This document shows, one piece after another, positions 54,313-64,000 of a DNA stretch of 64,000 bases. The stretch comes from Asterias rubens. Taxonomy: Eukaryota. The position numbers were made by a program, and so were the translations under genes. Every line of letters begins with the position of its first letter. The stretch's first letter is position 1. The stretch covers positions 12,400,001 through 12,464,000 of the forward strand of contig NC_047068.1 in the NCBI RefSeq assembly GCF_902459465.1. Reading direction: 5' to 3'. The notes beneath the pieces were generated by a model. It did no database searches, was not told the DNA's origin, and saw only the letters and a program-made list of their open reading frames with translations.

Positions 54313-54914
54313 TTCAAAAACTTCCCATAGACTTAGATTGTTCAATGGAAGTGACACCTTTTGTGAAGTGAAAATGGCTTGCCCTCTCAAAGATGAAACT
54401 CTAGGCCTGCATCCATTTTTAACAAGAATTTCTTGATAACAGTTCAATTAACAAATTGGTATATCTGTGTAAAATTCATCAAATTCTAGGACCACGCTTT
54501 AGAAGGAAATAAAGAAAAATAGGTTGAGTCTACAGATGTTATTTCCTCAACGTTGCCAAGTATTTCAGAAAGAAAGGTTTATCTTGAAGAGTGGTTCTGC
54601 TGAAGTTGATCTTAAACAGATCAACAGTGATCTTTCTGTTTTATTTTATTTTATTTCAATAATTAAATGTGCAAAATGGTTCAGTATCTAGTGTTGGTTA
54701 CACCCCTGTCAGAACTGCTAACATTTGCATCTTGCCATCATGATGATTTTTTACAGTATTCAGAGAGATATTTAAAGTTACGTTCAACATAACAGGGGAA
54801 AAGTTTCCATAATCAGGGATATTGTCAAATTTGTCCATCAGAAAATAGAAAGATTTATTTATTTTCAGGAAAATTTCTGCAGAATCAGGGAGTTATGGTA
54901 GATCTGCTGTGCGG

Positions 54915-55210
54915 AGTCAAACACCCCTAGGTTGCTACACCCCAAGGTACCAACGCCCCTAGGTTCCGTCAACTTAAACCCATTAAGGCTCTGACACCTT
55001 TAGGTTATGACACCCCAAGGTACCGACACCCTTAGGTACTGACCCCCTAGCTTCCGACACCCCAACATGTTCCTAGAATTACAACCAACCATTGAGGAAG
55101 AAATCCATGCTCTAACCATAGCATCATGAGGGGTTTTGGAAACATACGATTCTCAGAACATAGGAGTTTTGGAACATAGGGTGTTGAAACTGAGAGCAGA
55201 CACCCTATTC
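54915..55210. repeat. Degenerate GACACCCCTAGGT-type short repeats with inverted copies at the right end
   Basis: ACACCC(C/T)(T/A)AGGT motifs at 54920-55070; inverted GGAACATAGGGTGT near 55170. Confidence 0.5.
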
Positions 55211-57139
55211 TTAGGGACAACACCTTTCTCATTATCTGAGATTTATTTTAATTTTCAGTGAAAAATTCGGGGACAAAGATTACAATAGAATTAAAATCAA
55301 CACAGGGAGCAACAAGCTTTAAGTTTCCCTTTCAACATAAAAGAGAACCTGAGCCGTTTGAAATTTGTATCCTTCGTGGTTTTATAATTGCTGGTTTGAT
55401 AGTACACCACTATATGAGTTAGAATAAAAGCCAAGGTTTAATAATATTAATAATGATAAGCAGTTCTTATAGAGTGCTTTATCACCCCCAAGGGAGTCTC
55501 AAAGATCGCTTTAGTAACACTTGATATATCGAGTGTCAAATTACAGCGGAACTAGATAAAAATTAGACTTGAACAAATCCATCAAATTTCACCAATCTTC
55601 TGGGTCCCTCGTTAATGTTCATCAATCATTAGAAAGGGAATGATGTTTAATTCGCTAAAGCTAAATTACTTGACACTTGACAAGGTTTTTTGATACAACC
55701 CACGCATCCTTCAATGTAGGCAATCCTTTATGAAACATGTTATCTCTTCTCACATACTTTTTATGTTTGCGAAAGCTTCCAAGTGGGAAGCCTGCTTAAT
55801 CTTTGGTTTTGAAAGCCCTACTTTGCAATATGGTTTTATCTTTATTTTCTTTTGAATTTGATCTTGTTTACAATTTTTTTTTTATAATAAACGTATTTTC
55901 CCGAGAAATCACATCCCTGTTCAATGTAAGCAACCCTTTATGAAAATTGTTATATCCTCTCACATTATTATGGGAATCAATGTGTGCTGACGAGGTTTTC
56001 AACTATTGGTTTAATCCCAACGAGGCCTGGTTCTTGATAATTTTACCGAGGCGTGTCACGCCCATGTTTCAACACTGTTTACTGGTCATAAACAAAGGTT
56101 TATACACACCCATGTGACGCGCTCTCCACCAATGGAAATAGTGAAACTGTCTAAACGTATTTATGAATATTTGTTTTTGCTCGCTGGGTGGAGGTAAGAA
56201 ATGAAGGGGGAGGGGCCGTCAACCCCCCATGTTCTGAAAAACAAGTCCACTAAAAAGACATTTCGCTATCATAAACCGATGATTTGTCCCCTGTAAAGAT
56301 AGGGTCATTTGTTATTTAGAGGCAAAACTATAGAGAAAGAAACAATCAAATTCACATGTGGGAGTTTCAGCTGAAACTTTGAGTAATTCAAAATAGTGTC
56401 CAGTGCCTTTAAGACATGCCTCCATCCTCCAGGGTAAGACTGCTTTTAAACCCCTCAACTCAAACTGTTCTGTGCATCAAATCAAAAAGGGGCTTTAGAT
56501 CCTGTTTGGCCAACACCAGAAATATTTACTCAACTACACGTACAAATACGACATGCATGGGCATTTGCAGCCAGTCGAGTAGAGTGCACAAATATCACCT
56601 GCACATTCTAGAACATACATTGGGTATTTGCTTACAGGGCCCAAGTTAAAACAGGCTACCCCTGGTTAACTTTGAGGCGAGTGATTTATGCGAGTCGGGG
56701 ATGTAACTGTTCTTTTCTGTTCTGAAAAAAGGGTTAAGGAACAAACATAGTTGATTTCAGACCGTCTGGTGATCCTTAAAAGATGATTTTTTTTATTCTA
56801 TAGAAAAAAAATGAAAGATTTCTGGAAAGGTGTTACCATTAGATGAAAATGATGGACAAACACTGTCTTAATTCAGCAAATGTTTGAAATATTTTTGGTT
56901 CAATTGCATGGTTTGTCCCCAAACAAGGCTGAACATCACTCTTGGTAAGGGGCTAAAAAAAGAATAAATTTAAGATGAAAATAACTCAGGTGAGGAATTG
57001 ATCTTAAATCTGTCTAGATTGTAGGATGGATCAAAAGTGCACTATGCAAGGAGTTCCAGAGAGATGCAGTAAGAATATTAGTGGTTTCTCATATAGCACT
57101 CAATCCATCACTCAGTGACTGCCATATTCCATTCTAAAA

Positions 57140-57510
57140 CCATCTCAGCTCCCTGGGGAGTATATATAGCCTGTGCTGACAAAGTATGAGGCGCACCAAG
57201 CTAAATCAATCACAAGAACCAAGTTTACGCTCTCATGAACCTATTTACCTGGGTGAAGAGAAGCAACTATAGCCAAGATTTCTAGCTCAAGGGTGCAAGT
57301 GCAATGACCGGGATTCAAACCCATACCATGATTGTTTCACCATAAGCACTCGACTTCAGTGCACTAGACCACATGGCCAGGCTACAAATACATCCATATG
57401 GACTGTAAAGGGGTAACCCTGCTTCAGCTCCAGTAGTAGGTGAAAACAGCCCCTGGAAAAATCGTTGATTTTTGCCCACACCTTGAAGGCCTTGTGTGTC
57501 GGGCGACTAG
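57140..57510. mobile_element. Adjacent SINE fragments (minus-strand head/core plus a plus-strand body piece)
   Basis: CAGCTCCCTGGGGAGT...CCTGGGTGAAGAGAAGCAA...GACCGGGATTCAAACCC matches the 22425-22662 family; GGACTGTAAAGGGGTAACCCTG matches the 5723-6012 body. Confidence 0.65.
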
Positions 57511-58559
57511 AAAAGCAGTTGGAATGACTCTTTGTTCTACCATTGGTCCTTCCTCTATGGTTCTACATCTCAGCAAAGCAAGAATGAATTGTATTGTAGT
57601 TTAAAGTTGTGTGATTTGTTTTGGCAGCGCATGCAATGTATCCAGGGAGAATTTTTTTTTTTAAATAACTGATGGGGTCATCACCCTGGTAATTCAAGAC
57701 AAAATATATAAATAAACGAATAAACAAATGAATATTTTTTCAAACCAGTCGAAAAAAGTAATCTGCGAGCGAGGGCAGAGAATGACATTAAAGTTTGTTT
57801 GATTTTGGACATTGGGCACTCACATTATGTTTGTACAGTGAATGTCTACTTTATGTTTCAATATTGGACATTCACATAGGGTATGTGTAGAAAATTGAAT
57901 GTGAATATATGCGAATGTCCAATGTCCAATGTTGAAATAGAAAGTATAGACATCCACTGTACAAACCTATTTGAATATCCAATGTCCACCATCAAACTAA
58001 CCTAATAGGCAGAGATGTTTCTTGTAATTGATTTAGCTTGATGCACAACACACTTGGCAGCACAGACTGTATACTCCCAAGGGAGCTGGGATGGTTTAAG
58101 GATTGAAATAAATGCCCCAGTGACCAGGGGTAACAACGTTCATGTGCCGAAAGCATCAAAACAGACCAATATAGGGAATTGCTGTAAAAAAAAAATCCAT
58201 TATTAGAAATATTCTATCAACCTCGGCAAAAGTGATTAACCACATGTCAAGGAGTTCCTCCCTTCTCCATGGTCTACCTCAACTGGATGACCCATGGCTT
58301 TTGGAGGCAGCAAGGCGGTAAACAATTTCTGTTGGCGTATCAGGAAGAAAAAACCATGGCAAATACGCACAATATGTAAGGAACAGCAATGAATGGTTTG
58401 CCATGCATGTACATCTACTACTACTAGTATAACTAGTTGAAAATAGCGCATTTTACAATAACCGTATCAATGCGCTTTACTGATGTCAACAAAAAGCCTT
58501 GAATCACATAAAATTACACTTGTGTTGACAATCTCAGTGTAAAGAACAAACTAATAAGG

Positions 58560-59345
58560 ACTAATAATTCAAATATTTACAGCACTTATAAAGTATCTGA
58601 CATAAAAAACGTCATTCAAGCGCATCGGTACAGGAAGTTAAAAGTCCAGATTTTAAATTGCTAGTTTGAAGAGGGGAGTCTTGAGCTCTGGTTTGAAGAT
58701 TGAATGAATCTGGAAAACCTTAGTTTACAGTGCTTATCATTTAAACAAATATTCATATCCCTCATGCTATTAGCACATCAACTAAGAACAAGGTTCGTTA
58801 GAACACAGATGACATGGTTCTTAAGGATGATAGAAAATAACAAACACTAATGGCACCGGGGGGTGGATAGAGTATCTGACCAAAAAACCCATTCAAGGGC
58901 GCTGTTTTGCAAAGACAAAAGTCCAGATTTTAAATTGCTAATTTGAAGAGGGTTGTCTTGAGCTGTAATAAAGCCTTAGAATACAGAGATTCATCACAAA
59001 GCAGTGTTAGATTAAAATGAATATTCACATCCCTCATGCTATTAGCACATCAATTAAGAACAGGCTCATTAGAACACAGATGACATGGTTCTTAAGGATC
59101 ATAGCAAATAGTAATCAATGACAGTGAGATTAGCAACAAGGCCACGTGATCTCCTCTCTCGTCCAATGAATATACTGTCCCGGTAATGAATAAGAATTCA
59201 ATCGCAAAAAAATACACTCAAGTTAAAAATTTCAGTTTTAACTCTTTTAACCAACAGCACTTTATAAAATGCTAGTTTGAAGAGGGGAGTCTTGAGCCGT
59301 TCTTTAGGATCATAGGAAATAACACTCAATGATAGTGAGATTAGC
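58560..59345. repeat. Diverged ~280-330 bp tandem duplication (2 full copies plus a partial third)
   Basis: AAAGTCCAGATTTTAAATTGCTA(G/A)TTTGAAGAGGG..GTCTTGAGC at ~58640, ~58917 and ~59265; ATTCA(T/C)ATCCCTCATGCTATTAGCACATCAA occurs twice. Confidence 0.8.
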
Positions 59346-59369
59346 CACAAGCTGTTCATTTAGACTTAA

Positions 59370-59746
59370 GACGCTGGACACTATTGGCAGTTGTCAAAGA
59401 CCGGCCTTCTCACTTGCTGTATCTCAACGTATTCATAAAATAACAAACCTGTGAAAATTTGAGCTTAATCGGTCATCGAAGTTGCGAGATAACATTGAAA
59501 GAAAAAACACCCATGTCACACAAAGTTGTGTGCTTTCCGGTGCTTGATTTCAAGACCTCAAATACTAAATCGGAGGTCTTGAAATCAAATTCGTGGAAAG
59601 TTACTTCTTTCTTGAAAACTACGTCACTTCAGAGGGTGCCGTTTCTCACAAAGTTTTATGCCATCAACCTCTCCCCATTGCTCGTTACCAAGTAGGGTTT
59701 TATGCTAATAATTATTTTGAGTAATTACCAATAGTGTCCACTGCCT
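59370..59746 (-). mobile_element. Kolobok-like MITE, full length
   Basis: TTAA|GACGCTGGACACTATTGGCAGTT...AATTACCAATAGTGTCCACTGCCT|TTAA. Confidence 0.8.
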
Positions 59747-61729
59747 TTAACTCAATATCAATACTCCACTAAAGCCAGCCTCAACTTTTTTTTCTTCTAA
59801 CAACACTGCTCTCTTCTTTCCATAAAAAAGACTCAAATCTTTCACTACAAAATAAATCTCCTTATTTTCTAAGAACACTGCTCTGCCCTCTCCGCAAAGA
59901 CTTATTGTTCGCTTTGATTTGTTGTACTGTACACAAGAATACAAACTAACGGGATGCAGAGGAGGCAACTGCCATCCCAAATTCAGGCGAAATAGGGTGA
60001 ATTTCGGGCACAGTAAGGTGAAGAACAAAATTTGACAGAGGAAACAAAACAGACCTTTTAACTGGTATTAGAAAACAATATTTTATGTTTTGATCTGTGT
60101 AACATTTTATGCATATCAACCAAGAGTCCTCCATACACCCACAAATACAAAGACAAATAAAGCATAGAAAAGTTGAAGTCATTACTAATCGTTTATTTGT
60201 TATGCAATATACAGTTAATAGCAAATACACCCAATTTCATTGAGCAGCTTAGCAGCAAATACTGCCTAACCATTTTCTGCTAAGCAAAACTACAAAGCAG
60301 GAAACCACTCTGGTACAACTGGTACAACACAAATACCACTTCGGCTGGTAACCTTATTCTGGTAAGCAAAATTTGGTTCTTTTGCGCTTAAGCAGCTCTA
60401 TGAAACTGCCCGCTGTTCATGAACTGGACGCAATTCCACATCAGCCATTTCAGTGTTCACACAAACTGGCTCCACTTTTTACGCGAGTCAAACTTTATGG
60501 AGCTGCCTAAGCAGAAAATATTGCTTAAATCGTTTTCGCTAAGCAACAATTAGAAGCATACCTGTCGCGTATGAGAATTGGCATTTTGGCTGGTAATGTA
60601 TTCTAGTAAGCATAATTCTGATGTGCTTAGCTATATTTTGTGCTTAAGCAGCTCTATAAAATTGGGCCCAGAAACTCATAGAAAGCGATTCTTTGAGAAT
60701 GAATGCATAAAAGGAAAATATTTGTGCCTTTTTATACACAAGTTCCTCTCAGGTTCCTCTCTTTTGCAAGTTCCTCTCAGATTTATCAATTTCTTTTACA
60801 AGAAACGCCAGTGAAGAATGTTATTACAGAGTTTGGGTAAAATCACTCAGAAACACATGCCAGTTTTGGAGCCTTAAGTAGCGCAAACCATGTACAGCAG
60901 ACGCCCACCCCTGTGATGCATCGACTCGCCAACTAAATTGTCATCTTTTGACGAATATGAAAGTCATTTCATAAATACATCAATATTTGAGATGGCAAGT
61001 ATCTATGAATATTTAAAACTCCAGCTTCTAACCTAAATGATTGCCTGAAGAACCTTCAATATTTTATCCTTCATTACTTGTAAATGCAAGCCCCTTGTTT
61101 CTTCAAAGCTTTTCAAGTAGTGACTTTCATTAATAGTTCGCTGGCCAATAACCCGTTAAAACACATGAGGGACCTCTCACAATTCTCTTCAAATGATAGT
61201 CTGGCTGGATAGTCCAGTGTTAGAAACATTCCTACTTTTATGAATGATGGAACAGTGGCCCAATGCCAAGTAAAACACCCAAGGATCAGTCAAAATTGTG
61301 GTCCGGTTCAGAGTTAAATTACAGCATCCTAATTTGGACAAATTTAAAGCTTGGCGACTGGTGAAATGACCAACTGATTGATCATGCTGGCGAGTCACTG
61401 AAAAAGTTAAAGGCAAACCCTGTATGACCTAATGCATTCAACTTCATCATCAACAGTAACTCTTAATTGCGCTATTCCAGTGTGTTACTGTACAGTGTGT
61501 GAACTTGAGGTAACATGCAACATGCTATTTCTTTTGGACTCCAACTTCTGAAATAATACGTTAATGTCTTTGACAATTCAAACACTTAATTAAGTCATTT
61601 GTGTAATTGCTTCCCTTTGCACAATTATGAGTCTAACACTGAGAAATATTAATAATAATACATTATGTACAATCTGAAAGGGTGAAGTTTGAAATTGAAA
61701 TAAGGAATTGTTAGCGAGGGAAAAGAAAT

Positions 61730-62375
61730 CCTGACTGGGGACTACTGATATCCTCTTTGGGGGTTGATGGTTCCAAACAAGGTAAAGGAGAACCTAATTG
61801 GGATAGTGTAGGTGACAATGATCCTGTTAACATTATTTAGGAAGGAGTTAGGTTAGGTTTTCCCCAATCGGAAATCATTGATACCCTCCCTGTGAGACAG
61901 TGGTTTCAATCAGGGTAAAACTAAATCGGATGGGTATGGAGACAATGATCTTGTTAGTATTAACATGGCAGGTGTTTTTGTTACATTTGAATTACCCTGT
62001 TGGGAACAATTGAAACCCTGAACAAGGGTTACAATGGGGAGGGTGGGGGTGGGGGGGGGGGGGGGGGGTAACAGTATATCCAAACTGGGATATATCTTAG
62101 ATGACAATGATCCTGCAACTAGTGTTAGCCTAAACTGCGCACAGGTGTTTGTCACCAACTTACATTTCCCAATTGGTGACCATTAATACCTCCACTGGGA
62201 GACAAGGGTTCCAAACAAGGCAACACAGTATACCCCATTCTGGATAGTTGGGTGGCAATAACCATATTGGCCTAAATTGGGTAAGTGTTGTCACCCCGAC
62301 TCGCCCCAATTGGGAACCATTGGTACCCCCATCGGGAGAAAAGAGTTTCCAATCGGGGTAACTAGTTTGACTGGG
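61730..62375 (+). repeat. Highly diverged ~150-bp tandem repeat (4-5 units), possibly a decayed repeat-protein exon
   Basis: Recurring CC(C/T)AATTGGGA, GGTTCCAAACAAGG and GACAATGATC(C/T)TG motifs. Confidence 0.5.
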
Positions 62376-64000
62376 CATTCCTACCACAAGCTTTGGCTTC
62401 TTCTCGTTATGCCCCTGTTTCCAATTCTCCTCAAGTGATTTTGATGTCTTTGCTAGAATGGAAATAAATAAAAAATGAACTTTGTATCCCATTTGGAACA
62501 GTATAGCTTCACCAGGGCTGATTATCGTATACAAAGCTTCAGAGTGTTGTCGTCATGGCGTGGCTGTACTCATTGTGATTAATGTATCTGCTGCATTACA
62601 TCCATCCTTTGGTGGGCTCTGAATAAGAAAACGTAAAGACACACAAATCCCTTAGAAACCGATTGAAATACCGTGAGGGGAGATTTGTTCTGATTGAACT
62701 GTGATGCCTTGAGACAAAACCAGGCACTTCTCGGAAGTGCCATTAAAATGAAAGACATTTGAAAGATAAGCCATGACATCAGTGTGGTGTGATGTCTTAG
62801 ACGTTCTTTATTGAGATGTACCTACCTTACAGGTCTATTAATTAGCCCTTTTGGGTATTTATTTTCATGACTTGGTTGCTGGTTTATATACAATTTGCAT
62901 GAAAAAAGGTGCCTAGTTTTACCAAAGGAAAGGGATCATGTTCAAAATTGCTTGTGTGTAAAACTGACTATATGGTTTATGGGCCTTTTTTCAAATATCA
63001 TAGTAGAATACTGATGATTTGCAACTTATTTTACAACAGTGGTTGAATAAAAAAATAACAATAAAACAAAATTATGACAAGCAAGAAGGAAAAAAAGAAA
63101 GAGAAAAAAGACCGGGATAACAAATATGGACAAAGAATATATCTACAATTAAATACCAGAATAAGAAAGCAATAATTCTGTTAGTCCATAATTCACCTCT
63201 TAAAAACTGAGGAAAATTAACTGTTAAAAAACTCAGTACTGGTTCATCCCTGCAGAAAATACAAATAGTATTTTTGTCACCCACTTACTAATTTCATCTC
63301 TTGCAACATGTGAAGCTTCACAATTTTATCAAAAAAGTGCAAACAAAAAACAGTGTCAGCAACGATCTCTCCCGCAAATATAAAAAAAAAAGTAAAAGCC
63401 AAATGCATAAAGGACCTGTGTTTACATAAAAAACATGCCAGTCAACTCGACATGATCATATCCGCACAATAAAAACATCATTTCCCATAAGACGAGATGA
63501 CATCAGTCTGGGGGGCAGATTACATCTCAAGATCTAACGCCGGCCGGTCGGGGGCAGTGCCATTAAAATTTCCCGGTTGGAGCAGCGAAAACAAACCCCT
63601 GCGCACCGTCTTACTCAATTAAAACCGGTCTGCAAACAAAACAAAAAGGTCTGGCGGCAACAGTCGACCCGCACTATCAGTTAGCAAATGTCATCATGAA
63701 GACCCTAAGCATACACATTTGCTATAATATGGACAGTGTAGCGGCGACACCTCGGTCTGTGTGTTTTAACTTAATCTTTTCTATTCATCAACATAAATAT
63801 TTATGTCTGATAAACAACTCTGAGCAATAGATTTTGTAAATCAAATTTTGTTCATATTTGTTAACAAGAAAGCTTCCCTCAGGGGGAAAAGCCATTTTGT
63901 TTGGTCAATTCAATGACTGGGAGGGATACCAGTCTGGCTCTGTTTATGAATATAATGAAAATCAGTAGTCAAGATTGCTATGGTATACGGGGAACAAGAT

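Noticed and set aside
53221-54436. Long overlapping ORFs (369, 310, 209 aa) rich in P/L/G/W/C
   Set aside because: All three + frames stay open only because the 21/22-bp units lack stop triplets. The frames interconvert and there are no splice signals or domain. This is a satellite, not a gene.
61100-61420. Possible Penelope/GIY-YIG or LINE remnant (TTILTDPWVFY...IHKSRNVSNTG)
   Set aside because: The resemblance is too faint to support without a profile search.
62041-62068. G-run as a functional G-quadruplex
   Set aside because: Homopolymer G/C runs occur repeatedly in the window (e.g. ~1114, ~17379, ~52699) and their lengths are assembly-sensitive.

Overview
Eukaryotic, AT-rich, intron-containing genomic DNA. 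It is most likely a marine invertebrate deuterostome such as a sea star or other echinoderm; this is an inference from the ST8Sia-type gene and the repeat landscape. Five multi-exon genes can be reconstructed by hand with GT-AG junctions: an SLC26A11-like sulfate/anion transporter (+, 15 coding exons, about 600 aa), an alpha-2,8-sialyltransferase (+, 3 coding exons, 353 aa), RRS1 (-, 11 exons, with an apparent frameshift in exon 8), RPL18 (+, 7 exons, 188 aa, head-to-head with RRS1), and an uncharacterised membrane-anchored cupin/JmjC-like protein (+, 4 exons, 340 aa). The 3' end of a sixth, unidentified CDS opens the window. I could not support any gene from 47 to 64 kb; it holds MITEs, SINEs and tandem arrays. 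The most unusual structures are three. (1) A 7-copy ~90-bp array duplicates the splice acceptor and start codon of the SLC26 gene, creating six tandem 14-codon uORFs whose number would depend on acceptor choice. (2) A 1.08-kb, ~99% perfect fold-back element with a 9-bp TSD sits inside an RPL18 intron. (3) A minisatellite appears to have expanded from within a dispersed MITE. All exon models and family calls were made by eye, without database searches.
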